From a bacterium (GTDB lineage Bacteria; Actinomycetota; Acidimicrobiia; Spongiisociales; ZC4RG35), in assembly GCA_028823995.1 (NCBI GenBank), contig JAPPFD010000002.1:53654-117653 (forward strand): a stretch of DNA of 64,000 nucleotides, written 5' to 3'. This document shows, one piece after another, positions 55,764 to 64,000 of the stretch; position 1 is the first letter of the stretch, and every line of letters starts with the position of its first letter. The notes below the pieces were generated by a model. That model worked only from the letters and a program-made list of their open reading frames with translations, did no database searches and was not told the origin of the DNA. The position numbers and the translations under genes are program-made.

Positions 55764-56594
55764 CTATTCCAAGACCTGTTGAGACCTGTAATCGATGCCG
55801 CCAACTGTCATCAGCGTGATCGAGGGTCGCGTCTCAAGGATTGGCAAGGACGCCAGCGCGTTGACAATGTTGAATAGTGTCGGGAGGTCCTCCCACGTCG
55901 ACTCGTGAAAAGACACAGACCCTTCCCCGGTCCAGGCTTCTTTGAGATAGCGACTCAGTTCGGGAGGAGGCGTATACGTGACGTACTCGACATCAGGTTC
56001 CCCCCAGTCGTGGGTCCGAGGCATGTATTTGTAGAGAAGAAGACCCGGTTGGTTCATGGCCAAGTCGGCCATCTCGTCGTCGTCCAACTTGGTTTGCTCA
56101 CGAACCGTCATTGACATGAACTGGTGTCCCAGCCAACCCGCGCTGCAATGTATCGCGCCGTTGGAGTGACGCGGCTCAGGGATCTCCCCGTAGATCTTCG
56201 GATATCCCAGTTCCTCGCGGCCGGTGATAATCGGGTCGGTTAGGTTCTCCCACAAAACCATGAGGAGAGCGCCCGAAGTATTCGTCTGTTCACCACGAAA
56301 GACAACTGGACAAGTGACCCCAAGCGTGTTGTATCCGCGCCCCGCCAGCCACTCGATGTTGGTGATGTAGCTCGCCGTTACGGTGACGATCGGCTCACCG
56401 GCGAGTTCGAATCTGGGCGGAAGTAACTTGTCCAACGCTTCAGCCGTAGTACGAAACCTGACGGAATGAATCGTTTTCTTGGGACTGTCCGGGTTCGCGT
56501 ATCGGTTTCCATCCACCCCCTGTCGAGGACCCAGGCTCGGGCCGAAGTGGGTCGGCATCCTGTACATCTGGCCTGGTTCAAAATCGTATGGCAC
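55764..56594 (-). CDS. Acetoacetate decarboxylase (ADC) family protein
   Basis: ADC-family length and motifs (YGEIPEPR, FHESTWEDL). 276 aa. Confidence 0.65.
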   Translation of the reverse strand: MPYDFEPGQMYRMPTHFGPSLGPRQGVDGNRYANPDSPKKTIHSVRFRTTAEALDKLLPPRFELAGEPIVTVTASYITNIEWLAGRGYNTLGVTCPVVFRGEQTNTSGALLMVLWENLTDPIITGREELGYPKIYGEIPEPRHSNGAIHCSAGWLGHQFMSMTVREQTKLDDDEMADLAMNQPGLLLYKYMPRTHDWGEPDVEYVTYTPPPELSRYLKEAWTGEGSVSFHESTWEDLPTLFNIVNALASLPILETRPSITLMTVGGIDYRSQQVLE

Positions 56595-56670
56595 GGGTGT
56601 CTCCCCTCAATGTAGGGCGCAGGACCCTCGTCCCGCTATTCAGTCTTCGTAACACCCTACCGCGGCCTTG

Positions 56671-58965
56671 CTACGGGGCAGCCACCTGGTATCCCCGGGG
56701 TGGTTGTTCACCCATGAGGTGCTCGACGAAGTAGTCCCAGCGGCGGCGGGTGAAGTAGGGGTCCTCGTTCCATGTGCCCCAGGTTCCGGCGAAGTCGTGA
56801 TTGCGGTTGGGAAGCACTAACAGGTCGAAGTCCCGGTTGGCCGCCACCAGGGCGTCGACCAGTTGCATGGTTGCGGCGGGGTTGACGTTGTCGTCCAGGT
56901 CTCCTGTCACCAGGAGGAGCTTGCCTTGGAGGTTGTGAGCCAGGGTCGGGTTGGCCTGGGTGTCCCAGCCGGGTCCCGGGAGGGGCCCGATCCAGCGTTC
57001 CCCCCAGGTGACGTTGGTGAGCGCCTGGTCGTGGTTTCCCGCCGAGGCGACGCCCACTCGGTACACCTCGGGGTACTCCAGCATCGCCCTGACCGCCGCG
57101 TACCCGCCCGCCGAGTGACCGTAGATGCCGACCCGGTCGAGGTCCAGGTACGGCCGTTCCTCGGCCAGTTGGGCGAGCACCGCCACGTGATCGGCCAGGA
57201 GTTCCGCCGTCCCGGACCTGCCGTATCCGGCATCCAGGAAGGCCTTGGACCGTCCGGGCGTGCCCCGGCTGTCGACGGTGAAGACCACGAACCCCAGGTC
57301 GGCGAGACACCGGGTGCTCTCCCCCACCACGTCGGTGAAGCCACGGGGAGTCCTGGTGGCCTGGGGACCCGGGTAGATGCTCTCGATCACCGGGTACCTG
57401 CGGGCGGGATCGAAGTCATGGGGCAGGACGATCATCCCCCGAAGGTCGGTCTCGCCGTCGCTTGCCCTGGCGGTGAAACTCTCGGGGAATCTCCACCCGG
57501 TGGCTAGGAGTGGGGAGACGTCGGTCCCGGTCACCTGCGCCACCAACTCGCCGGTGGACCTGCGCAGCACCGTCCTGGGCGGCTGGTCGATCCGGGAGTA
57601 GCGGTCCACAAAGTATTGACCGTCGGGCGAGAAGTCCACGAAGGGAGGCCACTCGCCATGCTCGGCGTCCTCGGGAGTGAGGAGGACCGGGTCTCCCCCG
57701 TCGAGGCTCACCGAATAGAGGTGGTGGTAGTAGGGATCGCGGGACGGCTCCCTTCCTGTGCCCATGAATAGGGCGGTCCGAGTCTCCTCGTCGACTCTCA
57801 CCAGGTCGGTGACCAGCCAATCTCCGGCGGTCAACTGGCGGATGGGATCACCGGCACCGTCCAGGAGATAGAGGTGACCCCAGCCGCTCCGGGACGAGTA
57901 CCAGATTATCTCTCTGCGGTCCCTCCCCACCCAGACGTTGGGACGTCCGTAGTAGACGGCGTTGAGGTCGATGGGCGTCTCGCTCGCCTCCTCCACCAAC
58001 ACCGTGCACTCACCCGTCGACGGATCGGCCGAGACCAAACGGACCGAGCGGCGGTCCCGGTCCCAGTCCAGGAAGAAGACCGCGTCTGAGCCGGAGGCCC
58101 ACCAGACGTGTTCCAGTTCGATGGGAGTGAGGAACGGCGACGCGAGCGGTTTCCAGCGCAGGTCGGCGTGCCGGGCGGTCTCCACCTCGAACACGACCAG
58201 TTGCGCCAACGGCAACTCGGCGTCGCCCGGGAGGGCCTGGCGGTAGGAGTGGATGTGGGGACGCAACGATCCCTCGGGAGCGCCCTGGTAGAGGTGCAAC
58301 ATCCCCACCCGCCGTTCATCGAGACGGTGGGTCAACATATAGCGCTCGTCGGGAGACCACACCACCCTGGGGGGAACCTCGCGGTTTGCGAGCCGGTCGG
58401 TCACGGCCGAGTTGCGGCCCTCCGGCGACGACCCGTAGCCATGGGATGGCTGGGCGTCGTTGGTAAGCGCGGTGGAGGAACCCCTGACATGGTCGAACAG
58501 CACCAGGTTGCCGGCGTCGATCCTTGCCTCGTACCTCCCCGATGGAGAGAGACTCCCCCGCGCATCTGTCGGCGCGGAATCGGGCAGCACCGCCAACTCG
58601 GAACCGTAGACCCCGCACTCCCACTGCCGGCCATCGACCTTGAAGCGGATGCGGGACCCTCGGGAGGTGAACTCGAAGGTCTCGAATGGGAGACCGGATG
58701 GGAGGATCTCCCTTCCCAGGGCTTCAGTGAGCGCCTGCGCCACTCCCCTGTGATCGAACGCCTGCTGTTGGCGGCCGGTCGGTGCGTCGACCAGCATGAA
58801 CCGCCCCCCTGAGGCCGACTCGGAGCGGTACCAGAACGAACTGGAGTCCGGGAGCCAGTGCACCGTCGTCTCCAGGTTGAACACCAACGACTTGACGTTG
58901 CGGTAGAGCATTGCTTCGGCCCGCCGGTAGCGCTCCCACATGCCGGACTCGGGAACCGAGTTCAC
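56671..58965 (-). CDS. S9-family serine peptidase (dipeptidyl-aminopeptidase / prolyl-oligopeptidase-like: beta-propeller plus alpha/beta-hydrolase)
   Basis: Catalytic GHSAGGYAA (GxSxGG nucleophile elbow), C-terminal D/H, long N-terminal propeller region. 764 aa. Confidence 0.75.
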   Translation of the reverse strand: MNSVPESGMWERYRRAEAMLYRNVKSLVFNLETTVHWLPDSSSFWYRSESASGGRFMLVDAPTGRQQQAFDHRGVAQALTEALGREILPSGLPFETFEFTSRGSRIRFKVDGRQWECGVYGSELAVLPDSAPTDARGSLSPSGRYEARIDAGNLVLFDHVRGSSTALTNDAQPSHGYGSSPEGRNSAVTDRLANREVPPRVVWSPDERYMLTHRLDERRVGMLHLYQGAPEGSLRPHIHSYRQALPGDAELPLAQLVVFEVETARHADLRWKPLASPFLTPIELEHVWWASGSDAVFFLDWDRDRRSVRLVSADPSTGECTVLVEEASETPIDLNAVYYGRPNVWVGRDRREIIWYSSRSGWGHLYLLDGAGDPIRQLTAGDWLVTDLVRVDEETRTALFMGTGREPSRDPYYHHLYSVSLDGGDPVLLTPEDAEHGEWPPFVDFSPDGQYFVDRYSRIDQPPRTVLRRSTGELVAQVTGTDVSPLLATGWRFPESFTARASDGETDLRGMIVLPHDFDPARRYPVIESIYPGPQATRTPRGFTDVVGESTRCLADLGFVVFTVDSRGTPGRSKAFLDAGYGRSGTAELLADHVAVLAQLAEERPYLDLDRVGIYGHSAGGYAAVRAMLEYPEVYRVGVASAGNHDQALTNVTWGERWIGPLPGPGWDTQANPTLAHNLQGKLLLVTGDLDDNVNPAATMQLVDALVAANRDFDLLVLPNRNHDFAGTWGTWNEDPYFTRRRWDYFVEHLMGEQPPRGYQVAAP

Positions 58966-60137
58966 CGGTCCCGGTCCTCCAGGATCTCAGCCAGCCGCTC
59001 GGCGATGATCATCTCCTGGCCGTCCTGGAGGGTGGAGACCCGGATGTCCATGTAGTCCCGGTCGGGATCGACCCACTGGTAGTGCGGACGGAGGATGATG
59101 CACGGCTCCCCCTGCTGCAACTCCCTCACTACCTCGGCCAAGCTCTTGGGCGAGCGGGAGCGGTCGAAGGTGATCCGGAGGGAGTCGGGCGGCTTCGGCT
59201 CGGCGGTCGCCGAACCGTCGGCGTCGGCGAAGCTCAGGAACGAGAACCCTTCGAGGCGGGTCCGCATGTTGTCGAGGAGCCTCCGGTAGCGGTGGAAGCG
59301 TTCGGCGTGGTCCATCTCCAGCCATTGTTTCAGCGCTGCGTAGGCGGCCACTATCTCGCTGCGCCCAACTTTCATGTGCCTCCCGAACGCCAGGGCGTTG
59401 GGTCCCTCGAAGGCCAGGTAACTGTTCTTTCGCGCCGCCGCGATCCCCTCGGCCGTACCGGTGAGGATGCCCGCCATGGAACCGGCGCCGAAGAACTTGC
59501 CGCTGTAGGTTGCGAAGTCGGCGCCGGCCCGGACGTATTTGCTGAAATTCTCAAGGGGATAGACCTGCTCGGCGGCGTCGACGATGAGAGGCAACCGGTG
59601 GTGCTTGGCGACCTCCAGGACCTGCTCGAACCCGATCCCCCCGGACCCTCCCGGAGCGTAGAAAAAGAGCCCGGCGGTCCTCTCGGAGATGCAGCGTTCG
59701 ATGTCGGAGGGGGTGGTGGAACCGGCCTCTCCGGCCAGCACGATCTTTCCCCCGGCGCCTTCGAGGCTACGGTCGTAGAAGGTCCTCCGGTCGGCGGGGA
59801 CCACGAACTCACAGGCCAGCCCCGAGGTGTCCGGTATCCGGGCCACCAGGTCGTCCCTTCCTCCGGTGATGCAGGCGGCCGTGGCCAACACCGCCCCGGC
59901 GGCGGCGCCCGGGGTGACCATTGCCGCCTCGATCCCCAGCATCTCGGATATGGCCTCCCCGGCTGTGTCGGAGAGGCTCTCCACCTCCACGAATGCCTGG
60001 TTGGCGGCCGCGATCGCCTCGAGGACCGGGCCCGTGGGAAGGCTCCCGCCCAGGCCGGTGAGGTCGTTGTGGGCGTTGATCACCGGACCGATCCCCAGGT
60101 CGGACAGGACAGTGCGGCCGCTCCTTCCCCCGCTCAT
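58962..60137 (-). CDS. SelA-like / DgaE-like fold-type-I PLP-dependent enzyme
   Basis: L-seryl-tRNA(Sec) selenium-transferase-like pattern (VINAHNDLTGLGGS, SGKFFGAGSMAGIL with the PLP-lysine context). 4-nt overlap with the downstream peptidase gene. Confidence 0.55.
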   Translation of the reverse strand: MSGGRSGRTVLSDLGIGPVINAHNDLTGLGGSLPTGPVLEAIAAANQAFVEVESLSDTAGEAISEMLGIEAAMVTPGAAAGAVLATAACITGGRDDLVARIPDTSGLACEFVVPADRRTFYDRSLEGAGGKIVLAGEAGSTTPSDIERCISERTAGLFFYAPGGSGGIGFEQVLEVAKHHRLPLIVDAAEQVYPLENFSKYVRAGADFATYSGKFFGAGSMAGILTGTAEGIAAARKNSYLAFEGPNALAFGRHMKVGRSEIVAAYAALKQWLEMDHAERFHRYRRLLDNMRTRLEGFSFLSFADADGSATAEPKPPDSLRITFDRSRSPKSLAEVVRELQQGEPCIILRPHYQWVDPDRDYMDIRVSTLQDGQEMIIAERLAEILEDRDR

Positions 60138-60194
60138 GACCTAGCCATCCCCCCGGTCGCCACCCGCAACCAGGGGTGTCCGTTCTCTTCTGGT

Positions 60195-61037
60195 CTATCC
60201 GTTGGCCGCATTCTCCTCGTCTTCGGAGAATATCGGAGAGTGGGGTATGCACATGGGCGAGCCGGTCACAGGATCGGGGACCACCGAGGCCTCCACGCCG
60301 AAGCAGTCCCGGAGTAGCCGGGGGGTCAGAACCTCTGCGGGAGGGCCGTCGGCCACCACGTCACCGGCGGACATGGCGATCATGCGGTCGGAGAACCGGG
60401 CGGCATGGTTGAGGTCATGGAGCACCATCACGATGGTCACTCCCCGGTCGCGGTTCAGACCGGAGATCAGTTCCAGCAGGTCCAGTTGGTGCCCGACGTC
60501 AAGGAAGGTGGTGGGCTCGTCCAACAACAGGATGTCGGTCTGCTGGGAGAGCGCCAGAGCCATCCAGGCTCGCTGGCGCTCCCCGCCCGACAGGGTGTCG
60601 ATGGGACGGTGGACGAAATCTGCGAGGCGGGTCATACCGATGGCGTCCTGTATCGCTTCATCGTCGCGGCGCCGGAGCATCCCCAGCGCGCCCACGTGGG
60701 GAAAGCGGCCCTGTTCGACCAGTTCCATGACGGTGAGTTCGGCCGGGACCTCGTGGACCTGGGGAAGGATGGCCATCTGTCGGGCCACCTGGCGTGTGGG
60801 CAGGCGGTTGATGTCCTGGCCGGACAGGTAGACGGCGCCCCGGAGCGGCGCGATCAGGCGCGCCAGGGTCTTGAGGGTGGTGCTCTTTCCCGACCCGTTG
60901 GGACCCACCAGGGCCGTCCTGGTCCCGTGTTCGATGGTGAGGCTGAGCCGGCGGGAGACCACGTGGCTCCCATAGCCGGTGGAGACGTGATCGGTGGTGA
61001 AGGCGGGATCTGACATCATGGGCTCGTGTTCGGTCAT
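60195..61037 (-). CDS. Iron-siderophore ABC transporter ATP-binding protein (FecE/FepC-like)
   Basis: ATG at 61037 (MTEHEPMM) within ORF 60195..61523. Walker A GPNGSGKST, LSGGERQRAWMALAL, LLLDEPTTFLD. Confidence 0.8.
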   Translation of the reverse strand: MTEHEPMMSDPAFTTDHVSTGYGSHVVSRRLSLTIEHGTRTALVGPNGSGKSTTLKTLARLIAPLRGAVYLSGQDINRLPTRQVARQMAILPQVHEVPAELTVMELVEQGRFPHVGALGMLRRRDDEAIQDAIGMTRLADFVHRPIDTLSGGERQRAWMALALSQQTDILLLDEPTTFLDVGHQLDLLELISGLNRDRGVTIVMVLHDLNHAARFSDRMIAMSAGDVVADGPPAEVLTPRLLRDCFGVEASVVPDPVTGSPMCIPHSPIFSEDEENAANG

Positions 61038-62149
61038 CGCATGCGCTCTCTCATAAGGTAGAGGAAGAAGGGCGCTCCCACCAGGGCGGTGAAGGCGCCT
61101 ACGGGGACGCGGCTGCCGCTCTCGGTCTGGATCTCCCAGAAGGGGATCCAGTCGAGCGAGAAGACCCTGGCCAGGAGGTCTGCGCTGACCAGGATGATGG
61201 CCCCCACAAGCGCCGAACAGGGCAGAAGACGCCGGAGGTCGGATCCCACCAGGGTCCGCGCCAGGTGCGGGGCGATCAGACCCAGGAAGGCGATGCCCCC
61301 CACCACCGACACGGATCCTGCGGCCAAGACCACCGCGGTCATGAGGGTGATGGCGCGGGCCTCCTCGGTCCGAAGCCCCAGGCTCACCGAGGAGGCGTCT
61401 CCCAGTTGCAGGGCGTTGGCCAAGGGGACGGCCATCACCACCAGGGGAAGGATGAGCACCGCCACCGGGACCAGGAAGACCAGGTGTTCCCAGGTCCTGT
61501 TGCCGAGCGACCCGACCAGCCACCTCACGATCGAATCGATGTGGCTACCCGAGACCAGGACTATGAACGAGGTGACCGAGGAGACCGCGGCGGCCACGAT
61601 CACCCCGGTGAGAATGAGCCTGACGGGGTCGGTGCCGGCCCGCCGGTAGCTCAGCACGTAGACGAGACCGCCCGCCAGGAGTCCCCCCAAGATGGCCGCC
61701 ATCGGCACGAAGGCGTTGAGGTCGTCGAGCGCCCCCTCCGTTCCGAAGCTGATGGCCAGCGCCAGCACCGCTCCCAGGACGGCGCCCTGGGTCACACCCA
61801 CTGTGGCGGGAGCGGCGAGGGGATTGCGGAGGACCGACTGCAGGAACGCTCCCGAGGAGGCCAGCATAGCTCCGGCCAGCGCGGCGATCAGCACCCGGGG
61901 AACCCGCACCTCCCACACCGAGATGCGATGAAAGACCTCGTCGGCCTGGTCAATGAGCGCCTTCCAGACCTGTTCGGGACCGAAGATCACCGGACCCAGC
62001 ATCACATAGGCGAACATCACTCCTAGGAGCAAGGCTCCGAGGGTCACCAGGATCCGCCGAGAGCCCACCCCGGTGGCTGTCCGATCAGAGACGGCCCCGG
62101 CGCCGGAAACGGTTCCGGGGTGCTGGCCGTTGGGAGACGCGCCGGTCAC
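61034..62149 (-). CDS. Iron-chelate ABC transporter permease (FecCD family)
   Basis: FecCD-type TM architecture. GTG start at 62149 overlapping the upstream stop (GTGA); ATGA overlap with the ATPase gene. Confidence 0.75.
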   Translation of the reverse strand: MTGASPNGQHPGTVSGAGAVSDRTATGVGSRRILVTLGALLLGVMFAYVMLGPVIFGPEQVWKALIDQADEVFHRISVWEVRVPRVLIAALAGAMLASSGAFLQSVLRNPLAAPATVGVTQGAVLGAVLALAISFGTEGALDDLNAFVPMAAILGGLLAGGLVYVLSYRRAGTDPVRLILTGVIVAAAVSSVTSFIVLVSGSHIDSIVRWLVGSLGNRTWEHLVFLVPVAVLILPLVVMAVPLANALQLGDASSVSLGLRTEEARAITLMTAVVLAAGSVSVVGGIAFLGLIAPHLARTLVGSDLRRLLPCSALVGAIILVSADLLARVFSLDWIPFWEIQTESGSRVPVGAFTALVGAPFFLYLMRERMR

Positions 62150-63177
62150 GAGAGGACCCTTCTGCGCAGGAGGCCGCGTTGCATTAGCACCAGGAGCGCC
62201 GGAGCGCCCAGCACCACCGTCCACAGGCCGACCGCGATCTCGTGGGGATGGAGCGCCAGGCGGGCTCCCATGTCGGCCGACAGGACCAGGACCGCCCCGA
62301 TCACGGCCGAGAGGGGCACCACGATCCGGGCGTCGGACGTCCTAAGCAATCTCCGGACGATGTGCGGGGACACCAGGGCTATGAAGCCGATCGGCCCGGC
62401 GATGGCGATCACCGGCGCCACCAGCAGGACCGCCGATGCGAACAGCAACGCCCTGGTCCGCCGGACGCCGACGCCGAGACCCTCGGCCACCTCGTCACCC
62501 AGCTTCAGGATGTTCAACGGCCTCCCAGAGAGGAGGAACACCAACCCGAGAGTGATCGTCCAGGGCGCCACCAGGCGGACCTCCTCCCACTGGACGTCGG
62601 AGAGGCTTCCCACCAGGAAGCGGTAGATGACCGAGACGCCCCCGAAGTTGGGCGCCAGGGTGATGACCGCGATCACCAGGGCGTTAAGAAGAGCGGTGAA
62701 GGCCGCTCCCACCAGCAGCATTCGCATGGGATTGGACTTGAGACTCACCAGCGACAGGATCGCCGTTCCGGTGGCCAGTCCGGCCAGGAGGGCGGCGATC
62801 GGCAGGGCGATGCCCGGGAAGGGGAGACGGAAGGCGATGATGGTGGCCACCGCCAGGGACGCTCCGGCGGAGACGCCGATCAACTCCGGCCCCGCCAGTG
62901 GGTTGCGGAGGGTGTCCTGCATCACCGCTCCCGAGGCGCCCAGCATGGCGCCGGCCACCACTGCGCCGACCACCCGGGGAAGCCGCAGGTTCCGGACGAT
63001 GAACTGGCGGTTCCCTTCCGACTCGGAACCGAACAGGGCTTCCAGGACCTCCCCGACCGACAGGTCGGGCGTTCCCTGCATGAGCGACACCACGGCCACC
63101 AGCGCGCAAAGGGAGACGATGGCGGCCACCACCCCGGCTGCGCGCATCCATCGGCTCCGGTATAGGGAGTCTTTCAC
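62146..63177 (-). CDS. Iron-chelate ABC transporter permease (FecCD family)
   Basis: FecCD-type TM architecture (LLVGAAFTALLNALV, GPIGFIALVSPHIVRRL). Confidence 0.8.
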   Translation of the reverse strand: MKDSLYRSRWMRAAGVVAAIVSLCALVAVVSLMQGTPDLSVGEVLEALFGSESEGNRQFIVRNLRLPRVVGAVVAGAMLGASGAVMQDTLRNPLAGPELIGVSAGASLAVATIIAFRLPFPGIALPIAALLAGLATGTAILSLVSLKSNPMRMLLVGAAFTALLNALVIAVITLAPNFGGVSVIYRFLVGSLSDVQWEEVRLVAPWTITLGLVFLLSGRPLNILKLGDEVAEGLGVGVRRTRALLFASAVLLVAPVIAIAGPIGFIALVSPHIVRRLLRTSDARIVVPLSAVIGAVLVLSADMGARLALHPHEIAVGLWTVVLGAPALLVLMQRGLLRRRVLS

Positions 63178-63280
63178 CTTCTGGGAGGAGGAGGGCCGCA
63201 GGAACCGGCGGCCCTCTCACCTCGGATGAAGGAGGGCTGCGAGCGAAGGAAGACAGCCCTCCTTACATTTACGTGGCCTG

Positions 63281-64000
63281 CTATCGGCCCGCCGGCAACC
63301 ACACCGACAGGTCGCCCGGGTAGTCGTAGAGGTCGGGCCATCCAGCGTTCAGGTAACACTGGTACGCCCACTGGAGCATCAGCAGTCCGTGACCGAAGGA
63401 ACCGGCCGAGTCCTCCTCGCACACCCTGCCTTCGCGATGGGCGTTGGTCTGCAGCCAGACCTCGGCGGTGACGGTGTCCTTTCGGGCGCTCCCGGGCCAG
63501 GTGATCATCACCCACACCTCGGGGTCGACCTCCAGGATGAACTCCCACGAGAACTCGCTGTCGGGAGAGCCCCACTCGGAGACGCCCTGGTCGGGGAAGA
63601 CACAGGTCCCCGCACCCTCGGCATGGAGGAACCGGCAGAACGAGGAGGAGTCCCAGATCATCCAGTTGGTGTCGCCGAACCCAACAGCCACCCTGGTGTC
63701 GACCGCCCCGTCGGGAAGGCTGGCCGCCAGGCCTCCGACGTTGGCCTCGAAGCGGGCGACGGCGGCCGCCGCCTCGTCTTCCTTACCGGTGAGGATGCCG
63801 ACATCGATCCATCCCTCCTTGAGGGTCTCGACGCCGCCGATGTCCACCAGGTACACCGGTGCGACGATCTCTAGGGCGTCGCGCACTTCTTCCTCGCCGA
63901 CCCGGCCGATGATCAGGTCCGGTTCAAACTGGGCGACTTCCTCCACCGACATGCGATCGCCGAGGACGGGGATCGCCGCGGCGCCATCGCCGTAGTAGGC
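63281..64000 (-). CDS. Iron-siderophore ABC transporter substrate-binding protein (FecB-like), 5'-truncated by the window edge
   Basis: Class-III periplasmic-binding-protein features (DLIIGRVGEEE..., Trp-rich C-terminal lobe). The reading frame stays open to nt 64000, so the N-terminus lies beyond the window. Confidence 0.6.
   Translation of the reverse strand, partial: AYYGDGAAAIPVLGDRMSVEEVAQFEPDLIIGRVGEEEVRDALEIVAPVYLVDIGGVETLKEGWIDVGILTGKEDEAAAAVARFEANVGGLAASLPDGAVDTRVAVGFGDTNWMIWDSSSFCRFLHAEGAGTCVFPDQGVSEWGSPDSEFSWEFILEVDPEVWVMITWPGSARKDTVTAEVWLQTNAHREGRVCEEDSAGSFGHGLLMLQWAYQCYLNAGWPDLYDYPGDLSVWLPAGR

Noticed and set aside
1-64000. Looked for CRISPR arrays, rRNA, tRNA, transposase or integrase genes
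   Set aside because: No regularly spaced direct repeats, no rRNA-like or tRNA-like segments, and no DDE/tyrosine-recombinase motifs in any ORF translation. None is reported.

Overview
This is a high-GC (about 65-70%) window that looks like an Actinomycetota chromosomal region, densely packed with catabolic and transport genes. Calls here are from motif and architecture recognition on the ORF-track translations, not from database searches.

From 1 to 23 kb: an MFS transporter, a TPP-dependent enzyme, an enolase-superfamily enzyme, a Cys-type sulfatase and a thiolase with its DUF35 partner. These are followed by a putative polyol/ketose catabolic cluster (sugar-phosphate isomerase, DhaK/DhaL, FucI-like isomerase, class I aldolase, Zn alcohol dehydrogenase, nucleoside hydrolase, a PotBCA-type ABC importer, an MFS transporter and a nucleoside phosphorylase).

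From 23.0 to 34.5 kb the host operons are interrupted by an accessory region of visibly lower GC (about 50-55%). It carries a 1353-aa bacterial NLR-like (bNACHT/Avs-like) STAND NTPase with an N-terminal Mrr-type restriction-endonuclease domain, a divergent small gene plus an RDD-like membrane protein, and a lipoprotein serpin. It also carries a phage Gp37/Gp68 (DUF5131) + TcmP two-gene cassette and a two-gene operon encoding an HNH-DUF433 fusion nuclease and a PD-(D/E)xK-like protein. This region is the best candidate in the window for antiviral defence or otherwise undescribed content.

From 34.6 to 64 kb: a GntR-regulated sugar kinase/BtpA/ABC-uptake operon and a HigB/HigA toxin-antitoxin pair. 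A peptide-type ABC transporter sits inside a hydantoinase/D-aminoacylase/amidohydrolase cluster flanked by two paralogous luciferase-like oxidoreductases. The rest is an acetoacetate-decarboxylase-family protein, an S9 peptidase, a SelA-like PLP enzyme and an iron-siderophore ABC importer whose last gene is cut by the window edge.

A second small low-GC insertion at 12.76-13.63 kb (a 68-aa protein plus a DUF2335 membrane protein) splits the dha/sugar cluster. No rRNA, tRNA, CRISPR array, transposase or integrase was recognised. Many genes overlap by 4 nt (ATGA/GTGA), indicating translational coupling.

Gene starts were refined by codon arithmetic from the ORF track. Several remain uncertain, and a few places where the sequence text and the ORF track disagreed by 1 nt are flagged where they matter.
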